Made by a program: the position numbers and the translations under genes. A stretch of DNA of 64,000 bases, taken from positions 1 to 64,000 of the IMG/VR virus record IMGVR_UViG_3300047558_000137; one strand, given 5' to 3'. Every line of letters begins with the position of its first letter. Position 1 is the first letter of the stretch. Below are positions 39,156 to 48,203 of the stretch, one piece after another. The notes below the pieces were generated by a model that saw nothing but the letters and a program-made list of their open reading frames with translations, made no database searches and had not been told where the DNA came from.

Positions 39156-40032
39156 TGTAGCAGATTTAGATTGTATATACTTAACCTATGACGAGCCAAA
39201 GAAAGAAGAGTTTTGGGCAACTATTCAAAATATTGTTCCCTGGGCCAAGCGAGTGGACGGAGTTAAGGGCTCGGATGCGGCACATAAAGCGGCCGCTGAT
39301 GCAAGTGATACAGACCGGTTCATCCTCATTGACGGGGATAACCTCCCCGATCCTGCTTTCTTTAATCAACAGATGGTGTTGGATGACACTAACCGTGATT
39401 GCGTTTTCAGATGGCGGGCACGTAACAATATAAATGGATTAATGTATGGTAATGGCGGACTTAGCTCGTGGACTAAGGATTTTGTTTACAATATGCGGAC
39501 CCACGAGGCCACCGATGGGACTGCGGAGACGCTTGTGGAATTTTGCTTTCACCCAAAGTACTGGGCCATGGCCGACTGTTTTTCCACAACGTATCCTAAT
39601 GGAAGCCCCTTCCAAGCCTGGCGTGCGGGGTTTCGTGAAGGTGTTAAAATGTGCTTGGATCGTGGATCCCGCCCGAATCTCTTTGACTTTAAGAAGAGAG
39701 TGGTATCACGGAACTACGATAACTTATGCATCTGGCAGACAGTTGGGAAAGACGTGGGCAACGGGGCAATGGCTATATACGGTGCCAGACTGGGCACTTA
39801 TCTCACAATGCTTACAGAATGGGACTACACAGAAGTCCAAGACTTCTCCCGACTTGCAGAACTCTGGAAAGAACACCAAGATCAACAAAAGTTGAATATG
39901 TTTGAAATTACAGAAGCACTAACTACACGCCTAGGATTACCCATTGTAGAAATGTCAGCTGAGCAAAGCATATTTTTCAAACATCATTATCAAAGTCAGT
40001 TTAAAAATCGAGGCATAATGGTTCGCGAATGA
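39139..40032 (+). CDS. Glycosyltransferase-like protein
   Basis: LTYDEP, RVDGVKG, AHKAAA, FILIDGDN (DxD motif). Confidence 0.6.
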   Translation: MTEIVDVADLDCIYLTYDEPKKEEFWATIQNIVPWAKRVDGVKGSDAAHKAAADASDTDRFILIDGDNLPDPAFFNQQMVLDDTNRDCVFRWRARNNINGLMYGNGGLSSWTKDFVYNMRTHEATDGTAETLVEFCFHPKYWAMADCFSTTYPNGSPFQAWRAGFREGVKMCLDRGSRPNLFDFKKRVVSRNYDNLCIWQTVGKDVGNGAMAIYGARLGTYLTMLTEWDYTEVQDFSRLAELWKEHQDQQKLNMFEITEALTTRLGLPIVEMSAEQSIFFKHHYQSQFKNRGIMVRE

Positions 40033-40583
40033 ATACAGTAATTTGTTATTATCCTGGGTCGGGCGGACATAGATATAAAAACTTTTTAACTGACCAAGAA
40101 TATACAACCCCATCTAAAATTTACGATAATAATCAAAAAGATATTTACAATATTAGATATATAACCAACGACACTAAAGTAGTCAATTGTGACAAGACAA
40201 TATTGTTAACACATTGCATGAATAGTTCATTGATTAATGAAAAAATACCAAATAGTCGTATTATTAAAATAGTTGCAAATTTACAACTTAGTTTAGCCCG
40301 CGGGTGGGGCAATTTTTTTAAAGATCTAAAACAATTTGATAGCGATTTGGATAACGCATTTACTACAATTAAATGGCATCTTGAATATTACAATCAATAT
40401 CCAGCTGACATAACAGCAGATGAATTGGTACTAGTGGATATAGATTCAACAACATTTTGCCAAACAATGCGTAGTGAATTAACCAATTACAGCAATCAAA
40501 CATTTAATCGAGCATGGGAAATTTATTCTAAATTTGGCCCGCAAGCACCAGTACTGGATATAGAGCGTAATGAACAAAAGTGA
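40029..40583 (+). CDS. Hypothetical protein (weak sulfotransferase/P-loop-like start)
   Basis: YYPGSGG near the N-terminus; very AT-rich. Confidence 0.55.
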   Translation: MNTVICYYPGSGGHRYKNFLTDQEYTTPSKIYDNNQKDIYNIRYITNDTKVVNCDKTILLTHCMNSSLINEKIPNSRIIKIVANLQLSLARGWGNFFKDLKQFDSDLDNAFTTIKWHLEYYNQYPADITADELVLVDIDSTTFCQTMRSELTNYSNQTFNRAWEIYSKFGPQAPVLDIERNEQK

Positions 40584-41952
40584 TTTTATGGCTAATGCCG
40601 AATGGATGAAAGAGAATTTAGGCAAAGGTCTTTGTCTTGCCAAATGGCAGCAGGTAAGCCTACACTTGCCCACGGGATTAACTAACAGTTGTTATCACCC
40701 GCCACTACATCAGATTCCAGTGGAGCCACTAACAACTAATCCCAGCGCATTACATAACACTGAATATAAAAAAACACAGCGTGTTATAATGCTTAAAGAC
40801 GAGCGCCCGCAGGAATGTAGTTACTGCTGGACACAAGAAGATTTAGGTAATCTAAGCGACAGACATTATAGATCAGGAGAGCCCTGGGCAGCAGAACACT
40901 ATGAAGAAATCCGAAATTCTACAGGATCCGAGGATCCAACGCCTAGTTATGTGGAAGTCAATTTTAATCACGTCTGTAACCTTAAGTGTAGTTATTGCAG
41001 CCCTCAGTTTAGTAGTACTTGGTCTGACGAAGTTACCCGGTATGGTGGCTATCCAACTAGCACTACCCATAATGATCCTGGGCATTTTAAAGACGCTAGA
41101 CGACCTATCCCTGCTCGTGAAGCTAATCCATACGTGGACGCTTTTTGGGAGTGGTGGCCCGAGCTTTACCCTCGACTTAAACACTTCAGGATGACCGGCG
41201 GCGAGCCAATACTAGATCGGAACACATACAAGGTTTTTGATTATGTACTAGCCTTTCCTAAACCAGACCTGCATCTAAACGTTACCAGTAATTTCAGCGT
41301 AGAGCCTGCGATGTTTGACAAGTATCTTGACTATGTTAAACAGTTATGTGATACACAAATTGAACACTTCATGCAGTATGTTAGTCTTGATACTGGCATA
41401 GCAGAACATGCAGAGTATATTAGACACGGAATGTTCTTCAGGCGTGTCGCAACAAATGTTTTACGATATCTACAAGAAGCACCATATCGCAACAGTTTGA
41501 CGTTTATTATTACTATGAACAATCTAAGTGTTCTAGGAATTCAAAGGCAGCTAGAATGGATCTTAGAATTGAGAAAAGTATATAGTGAAACATACCAACG
41601 TGTTTGGTTTGATACGCCCTTACTACGCAGTCCAAGTTGGCAGAGTCTGCAGATCCTACCACCTGTGTATGCTGACCGTTTAGAGCAAGTTGCCAATTGG
41701 ATGGAGTTGCATAGGGAAACGCCAGATGAGCCATTTCAAGGGTTTAAGGACTATGAGATACAGCGTATGCGCCGTGATGTAGATTGGATGCGAGAAGGTA
41801 GCAAACTGGACCCTGAATATGTTAAACTACAACGTGCTGACTTTTATCGTTTCTTCAATGAACACGACAAGCGCAGACGCACAGATTTTTTAAAGACGTT
41901 CCCACAAATGAAAGAGTTCTGGGACGAATGTAGATACCATGCCCAAAATTAA
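40570..41952 (+). CDS. Twitch-domain radical SAM protein
   Basis: CLAKW...SCYH N-terminal module, CSYCW, CNLKCSYC, TGGEP. Confidence 0.88.
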   Translation: MNKSDFMANAEWMKENLGKGLCLAKWQQVSLHLPTGLTNSCYHPPLHQIPVEPLTTNPSALHNTEYKKTQRVIMLKDERPQECSYCWTQEDLGNLSDRHYRSGEPWAAEHYEEIRNSTGSEDPTPSYVEVNFNHVCNLKCSYCSPQFSSTWSDEVTRYGGYPTSTTHNDPGHFKDARRPIPAREANPYVDAFWEWWPELYPRLKHFRMTGGEPILDRNTYKVFDYVLAFPKPDLHLNVTSNFSVEPAMFDKYLDYVKQLCDTQIEHFMQYVSLDTGIAEHAEYIRHGMFFRRVATNVLRYLQEAPYRNSLTFIITMNNLSVLGIQRQLEWILELRKVYSETYQRVWFDTPLLRSPSWQSLQILPPVYADRLEQVANWMELHRETPDEPFQGFKDYEIQRMRRDVDWMREGSKLDPEYVKLQRADFYRFFNEHDKRRRTDFLKTFPQMKEFWDECRYHAQN

Positions 41953-43318
41953 TAACGAAACCGATTCACAATATAAACGCAGAGTCATTGACATCAAGTC
42001 AAATAGTTTCTGCGGCGCCAAATGGTATAACGCCACTATCTGGTTAGGATCGGGGCAAACAACTAGTTGTCATCATCCTTTGCCACATCAAGTTAGTGTA
42101 GAAGATGTAATAGCAAATCCCAAAGCATTGCACAATACACAAAAGAAAAAAATGGAACGTGAGCAGATGCAACGTGGCGAACGCCCAAGTGGATGCGAGT
42201 ACTGTTGGAAAATTGAGGATATGTACAAGGATCCAAAATTTGCTGGCCGCGATGTTGCAGAGCCCATAAGTGATCGCGTATACAAAACAGTTATATATTC
42301 AGATGAGGATTTAAATGCAGCATTTCGTACTCCAGCAAGCGAGGACACAGACCTCCAAACCCTTGAAATTGCGTTCGATCGCACTTGTCAGTTTGCTTGT
42401 TCTTACTGTAACCCAGCTTTTAGTAGTACTTGGGTTAAGGACATTAAACAACATGGACCCTATACCAACTTGGTTAGTGACGGTAGGAACCACTTTACTC
42501 ACACTCACGATAGTAGCCAATTGTATAAGTTCGGTGATCGTAATCCGTACGTGGATGCGTTCCATGCGTGGTGGGAAAGCGACCTCCACAGAACACTAAA
42601 GGAACTACGCATTACTGGCGGCGAACCTTTGATGTCAGGTGAGACATGGAAGTTGATTGACTGGTTTAAAACTAACAAAGGCAAGAGTACGACACGCCTT
42701 GCTATTAACAGTAATCTTGGTACAGACGTTGATATCGATCGTCTATTAGATAGCATTGATGGTGTAGAAGTGGATCTATACACTAGTAATGAAGCTGTTG
42801 GTTTACAGGCTGAATATATTCGTGACGGGTTGGTATTTGATGACTGGGCTAACAATGTAGAACGTTTACTAGACTCAGGTAAGTTCCGTGGTTTGCATAC
42901 AATGTGTACTATCAACGCACTATGCTTGAGTAGCCTAGACAGTTTCCTCGAAATGGTATACAATTGGAAATTAGAGTACGGCAAGGATTCAATTAACTTT
43001 TCACTAAATATATTACGATTCCCAAGTTTTCAAAGTCCTCTAGTACTGCCCGACGATATCCGAACAGAATACCAGGCTAGACTAGCAACGTTTCTAGTAG
43101 ACCACAAAGGCGACAGCACATTCCACGAATATGAAATTAATCAATTGATTAGATTGATTGATTATCTTGATGTAGTTAAGACTCCACACGAAGGTGCAGT
43201 GGCACAGAGTATACTTCAACGCGACTTTAAGAACTTCTATCAACAGTATGACCAACGTAGAGGTAAAAACTTTGATAACACATTCCCAGAGTTAGCAGAA
43301 TGGTACAAAACACTGTAA
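41939..43318 (+). CDS. Twitch-domain radical SAM protein
   Basis: CGAKW...SCHH, CEYCW, CQFACSYC, TGGEP. Confidence 0.88.
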   Translation: MPKINNETDSQYKRRVIDIKSNSFCGAKWYNATIWLGSGQTTSCHHPLPHQVSVEDVIANPKALHNTQKKKMEREQMQRGERPSGCEYCWKIEDMYKDPKFAGRDVAEPISDRVYKTVIYSDEDLNAAFRTPASEDTDLQTLEIAFDRTCQFACSYCNPAFSSTWVKDIKQHGPYTNLVSDGRNHFTHTHDSSQLYKFGDRNPYVDAFHAWWESDLHRTLKELRITGGEPLMSGETWKLIDWFKTNKGKSTTRLAINSNLGTDVDIDRLLDSIDGVEVDLYTSNEAVGLQAEYIRDGLVFDDWANNVERLLDSGKFRGLHTMCTINALCLSSLDSFLEMVYNWKLEYGKDSINFSLNILRFPSFQSPLVLPDDIRTEYQARLATFLVDHKGDSTFHEYEINQLIRLIDYLDVVKTPHEGAVAQSILQRDFKNFYQQYDQRRGKNFDNTFPELAEWYKTL

Positions 43319-44079
43319 AATCTCGATTTAAGAATTTAGTTGTATCTGGGTGCAGCTTTACCCACGAACCAATTAATGAATGGAATCCTTTTAGTTGGGC
43401 AAATACGTTTGGCCATTTAACTGATATGGTGGTACATAATCTTGCTATGCCCGGTGCCGGGAACGATCATATTTCAAAAAGTATAATTTTGTATATGGAA
43501 AGAAATTCATTTGATCCTGCTGATACGTTAGTATTAGTCATGTGGTCCGGAGTGGGAAGAATCGACTGGATTGCAGATAGATCTAAATCAAATTTTGGTG
43601 ACGAGTATCCGTTTACATATAACTATGATGATAACAATGAATTAGTTTTAGGTGGTAACTGGTGGAATAAAAAGAATCCAAGTCCATTAATAAAAACATT
43701 AATAAACTATTCTAAATATCAATCCGACAGCACGTTTGCATTGCACACTTGGTTGGCCATGCAAAATTTATCTAATTATCTAAAAGTAAACAATTTCGAA
43801 TATTACTACACATCATTCTTAAATTACAACAACACAAAAATCAAAGGTGATGCACTAACTGTCAACTTCTTTAAAGAGTTAGAAAATTTAAATCTATCAA
43901 TTGATTATAATCATTGGCTAGATTTTCAAGATGAAGAATACTATGGCGATTGGTCAAGAATACACAATTTTTTAGATGATGACGGCTTTCATCCTAGGTA
44001 TCCAAAAGCAACTGAAGGTTGGACTAAAGAAATTTTAATACCAAAATTAATTAAACTGGGAATTTTATATAACGTATGA
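43300..44079 (+). CDS. SGNH/GDSL-like hydrolase or acyltransferase
   Basis: VSGCSFT, NLAMPGAGND, DGFHP. Confidence 0.65.
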   Translation: MVQNTVKSRFKNLVVSGCSFTHEPINEWNPFSWANTFGHLTDMVVHNLAMPGAGNDHISKSIILYMERNSFDPADTLVLVMWSGVGRIDWIADRSKSNFGDEYPFTYNYDDNNELVLGGNWWNKKNPSPLIKTLINYSKYQSDSTFALHTWLAMQNLSNYLKVNNFEYYYTSFLNYNNTKIKGDALTVNFFKELENLNLSIDYNHWLDFQDEEYYGDWSRIHNFLDDDGFHPRYPKATEGWTKEILIPKLIKLGILYNV

Positions 44080-45410
44080 CAGATAAAACAGTAGCAGGAT
44101 TTTACGATAATGGGTACGATTACAATGCTCGTGCTCCTTATTTCATTGAGCGTGATCAACTAACTGATGACCAATGGAAAAAATTAACAGAAAGCAAAAC
44201 ATTTTGTATGATGCCATGGGTTCATATGCACGCCTTCCCAGATGGTCGTGCGTATCCTTGCTGTTTAGCAGACTACTGGCATCCCGTCGGCGACCTTCGT
44301 AAGAATACTATGAAGGAAATTTGGAACCAGGACAAGTATCGGCAGATCCGAGTAAACATGTTGGAGGATAAAGAGTGTATAGAATGCACTAAGTGTTATG
44401 AAAGAGAACAACACGGTGCGTTTAGTATGCGTAATGATGCCAATCGTAATTATGGGCAGTACATTAAAGAAGTAGAGTCAACGCTCGAAGATGGTACACA
44501 CCCAGAATTTAAGATTAGATACTGGGATGTTCGTTTTAGTAACCTTTGTAATTTTAGTTGCCGTAGTTGCGGTCCTATTTTTAGTAGCAATTGGTATAAT
44601 GATCACGTAAAGTTATACAACCGTAAACCTGATGTACTGGGCAGAGACATGTTGCGTGTAGAATATACCACAGGCGACGAAGATGACATGATTGCTCAAA
44701 TGATGCCGCATCTACCTTACTTGGAACAAGTTTACTTTGCTGGCGGTGAACCATTAATCATGAAGGAACACTACTTCATGTTAGAAAAGTTAATTGAGCT
44801 AGGTAAAACAGATATACGTTTACAGTACAATACAAATTTTAGTGAACTACGTTTCAAAGACAAACATGTGTTTGACTACTGGAAACATTTTAAAAATGTA
44901 AGTGTGGGCGCAAGCCTAGACGCATCGGGCGCCAGAGCAGAACTGATGCGTAAAGGAACTGATTGGCAGCAAACAGTAGACAATCGTAAACGCATGATGC
45001 AAGAAGTACCGCACGTAGACTTCTATATCAGTGCAACAGTAAGTTCAATGAATGTATTACACGTATTAGATTTCCATAAAGAATGGTGCGACTTGGGATT
45101 AATACAACCTAAAGATTTTAATATTAATATATGCCAGGATAGTAAGTGGTATCGTACTGACATATTTCCCTCATGGTTTAAAGAAGAAATTATAACTCCT
45201 GCTTACCAAGAGCACATTAAATGGCTAGAGCCACAAGACTCATTGTCTCGAGCAACCAACGGATTTAAGAGTGTATTGAGCTTTACTAACGCAACAGATA
45301 ACACCAGTGAATGGTCACGTTTTATTGAAGAAACAAGTAAGTTGGACAAAATTAGAAATGAAAACTTTTGGGATGTATTTCCTGAAATTAAAAAGGCCTT
45401 ATCAAAATGA
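44076..45410 (+). CDS. Twitch-domain radical SAM protein
   Basis: CMMPWVH...PCC, CNFSCRSC, AGGEP, YNTN. Confidence 0.9.
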   Translation: MTDKTVAGFYDNGYDYNARAPYFIERDQLTDDQWKKLTESKTFCMMPWVHMHAFPDGRAYPCCLADYWHPVGDLRKNTMKEIWNQDKYRQIRVNMLEDKECIECTKCYEREQHGAFSMRNDANRNYGQYIKEVESTLEDGTHPEFKIRYWDVRFSNLCNFSCRSCGPIFSSNWYNDHVKLYNRKPDVLGRDMLRVEYTTGDEDDMIAQMMPHLPYLEQVYFAGGEPLIMKEHYFMLEKLIELGKTDIRLQYNTNFSELRFKDKHVFDYWKHFKNVSVGASLDASGARAELMRKGTDWQQTVDNRKRMMQEVPHVDFYISATVSSMNVLHVLDFHKEWCDLGLIQPKDFNINICQDSKWYRTDIFPSWFKEEIITPAYQEHIKWLEPQDSLSRATNGFKSVLSFTNATDNTSEWSRFIEETSKLDKIRNENFWDVFPEIKKALSK

Positions 45411-46627
45411 CATTGCCATCAACTATTTGCATGTTGCCCTGGATGAGTATTGAAGCTAGCCCAATGGGCACAGCTCGTCCCTGCTGTTTGGCTAGAGAGG
45501 AAATCACAGATGAAAATGGAAGTAAGTTTAGTCTCAAGGATACGCCCCTCGAAACCATTTATAAAAGTGAATATATGCAGACTCTTAGACGACAGTTTCG
45601 TGCTGGCGATAAACCAGAAACCTGTCGTCTTTGTTGGGAAGAAGAAGCCGCAGGCCGCGATAGCAAGAGGATTCATAGCCGAGTTCGTCTCAAAGAATTA
45701 TATCAGCAGGTCGATTGGTATAATGACTGTCCTGACCAACTCTGGTTTATTGACCTTAAACTTGGTAACATTTGCAACTTAAAGTGCCGTATATGTGGCA
45801 GTTGGTCTAGCAGTAAGTGGGCCGCAGAAGAAATGGATTACTTACCTAAAGGTGCTAATAAGAAAGAACACATTGCTTATCAATGGTTAAAGCAGGGCAA
45901 GTGGCCCGAAGAAAGCCCCGACTTCTGGGAAAATCTAAAATCACTGTTGCCCAACATCAAGTACTTTGAGTTCACTGGTGGAGAGCCCTGGCTCATTGAA
46001 GAACACTGGGACTTGTTAAAGTATGCAGTAGAAACTGGCGACAGCAAGCATATTGATATTCACTACAATACTAATGCTACTGTGGACCCAATGGGTAAAG
46101 ATAAGTCTTGGGTGTGGGGCGAGTTTGGCCGTGTTGACATTGCATTTAGTATCGACAACGTAGAAGAAAGATTTGAGTACGAACGTTACGGCGCAAATTG
46201 GATTGAAGCAAACAACATCATCAACGACATTCACATGTCTAGATATATTGATAATCCAAACATCACTACTCAGCTTTGCTTTACCATCAACATTCAAAAC
46301 GTTTACTACTTAGATGAGCTGTTGGCCTGGGCAGAAACAAAAGAATTTGGCAGCATCTATTTTAATATGTTACATAGTCCCGATCATATGAGCATACAGC
46401 GCATGACACCAGCGGCCAAGGATTTAGTACTAAACAAACTAAAAACAACATTTTGGTCTACAGACAAGTATCAACAAGAAATAGATAATGTTATACAGTT
46501 TATCGAAAATGGTCCAGGTAGTGATGGTACTGAATTCTTAGAAAAAATGCAGCGCACAGATGCGTATCGTAAACAAAACTTTATGGATACACATCCTGAA
46601 ATAGCTCGCGCAATGGGATACCAATGA
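45407..46627 (+). CDS. Twitch-domain radical SAM protein
   Basis: CMLPW...PCC, CNLKCRIC, TGGEP, YNTN. Confidence 0.9.
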   Translation: MTLPSTICMLPWMSIEASPMGTARPCCLAREEITDENGSKFSLKDTPLETIYKSEYMQTLRRQFRAGDKPETCRLCWEEEAAGRDSKRIHSRVRLKELYQQVDWYNDCPDQLWFIDLKLGNICNLKCRICGSWSSSKWAAEEMDYLPKGANKKEHIAYQWLKQGKWPEESPDFWENLKSLLPNIKYFEFTGGEPWLIEEHWDLLKYAVETGDSKHIDIHYNTNATVDPMGKDKSWVWGEFGRVDIAFSIDNVEERFEYERYGANWIEANNIINDIHMSRYIDNPNITTQLCFTINIQNVYYLDELLAWAETKEFGSIYFNMLHSPDHMSIQRMTPAAKDLVLNKLKTTFWSTDKYQQEIDNVIQFIENGPGSDGTEFLEKMQRTDAYRKQNFMDTHPEIARAMGYQ

Positions 46628-47307
46628 CATCGGCTATAATTGGTTACACTGGATTTATTGGCAAGTATCTGTGTCGTAATACAAAGTTTGATTATTTCTT
46701 TAATTCTGAGAATATCGATGAAATAACAAAAAACAGTTATGACGTAGTCTATTGTGCCGCACCTCATGGTAATAGAATTTTATCAAGTGCTGACCCTGCG
46801 GCCGATTGTGCCAATGTGGAAAAATTAATATCCAGTTTAACTAAACTAGACACCAATAGATTTATATTAATTGGTACTGTTGATGCATTGGTATCTAATA
46901 GAGATTACGGAAAGAATAGAAAACTATTAGAAGATTTTGTTAAACAGAATTTTCATTCATATAACATTGTAAGATTAAGTTCATTGATATTTGATACTAT
47001 ACAAAAAAATCTATTGTATGATTTAAAACATCAACAATGGTTAGAATCAATTAATCCGGAGTCAACACTACAGTGGTATCCGTTAGAAAAAATAATTGAT
47101 GATATTGCCTGGGCAGTTGATAACCGCGTCAACGAACTAAATCTAGTATCTGAACCTGTTAACAATTTAGAAATTATTCAGCAATTTGCACCCAACTGTC
47201 TTGCCAGTATCTCAGAGAAGAAGGATGCAACGCATTACAATATCACACCATATCGTTTTAGTAAAAAAGAAATATTTTCTTACATTGAAAGATATATGCA
47301 GCAATGA
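46624..47307 (+). CDS. NAD-dependent epimerase/dehydratase-like protein
   Basis: IIGYTGFIG Rossmann motif, YGKNR, IVRL. Confidence 0.7.
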   Translation: MTSAIIGYTGFIGKYLCRNTKFDYFFNSENIDEITKNSYDVVYCAAPHGNRILSSADPAADCANVEKLISSLTKLDTNRFILIGTVDALVSNRDYGKNRKLLEDFVKQNFHSYNIVRLSSLIFDTIQKNLLYDLKHQQWLESINPESTLQWYPLEKIIDDIAWAVDNRVNELNLVSEPVNNLEIIQQFAPNCLASISEKKDATHYNITPYRFSKKEIFSYIERYMQQ

Positions 47308-48203
47308 TAGACCTGGTACTACGTCCCAATGAATTTACTAGTTTTACTTCTTTTTATCTAGAGCAGTTCTGGAGAAAGTTTTTTAACATATCATACTATG
47401 ATCCAACTAAAACATATGATAAGAATAGAACACTATTTGCAGTATGGTGGCAAACCGTAGATTCGGATCCCTGGCCAGCTCATATGAGAGATTTGGGCTA
47501 TAAGGTTGTGGTTGATAATATATGGGAAAGGCAACAGTTTCGTACAGATTACCATTGGATAGAACACAAATATTCAATGTGTTGGAATGAAAGTCTGTGG
47601 TGGGAAAGTCTAGGCTATGCTGATTATGTTCCACAAAGAAATTTAGAGTATCTTGCATTTATGCAGATGCGCTTGGCAAAGCCCGAGAGAGATAAGATAC
47701 ACAAAGAGCTTGATCCATTCTTAGATAGAATGTTATGGAGTTACTTAGCAAAGAATCAAACACTTGATGACGACACAGACGATAAGCTGTCGGGCCAACG
47801 ATATATGCATCCAAATTGGTACAACAAAACCTATTGCAGTATAGTAGTAGAAACCTATGTAAATGGCGGGCTACATGCGTCGGAGAAGACATATAAACCT
47901 ATAGCATACTATCACCCTTTTATGACTATAAGTGTTCCTGGTACACTGGCATTTTTAAAAGAGGCTGGGTTTGAAACATTTGATAATTTATTTGATGAAA
48001 GCTACGATAACATACATAATTTAGATTTACGATTAGATATTATAAAATCAAATTTGGAATCTATTAGATTAGATAAATCATATGATAAACTAACATTAGA
48101 TAAAATAGAATATAATCATAATAAATTTTTTAATAAACAAGAAACCTTAACATCAATGGAACAAGAAATAGTTAATCCATTATTAGAATATGCAGAAGCC
48201 TGA
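47304..48203 (+). CDS. Hypothetical protein, possibly GT-B-like glycan-related
   Basis: SIVVET...SEKTYKPI...GFETFDNLFDESYD C-terminal pattern. Confidence 0.55.
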   Translation: MIDLVLRPNEFTSFTSFYLEQFWRKFFNISYYDPTKTYDKNRTLFAVWWQTVDSDPWPAHMRDLGYKVVVDNIWERQQFRTDYHWIEHKYSMCWNESLWWESLGYADYVPQRNLEYLAFMQMRLAKPERDKIHKELDPFLDRMLWSYLAKNQTLDDDTDDKLSGQRYMHPNWYNKTYCSIVVETYVNGGLHASEKTYKPIAYYHPFMTISVPGTLAFLKEAGFETFDNLFDESYDNIHNLDLRLDIIKSNLESIRLDKSYDKLTLDKIEYNHNKFFNKQETLTSMEQEIVNPLLEYAEA

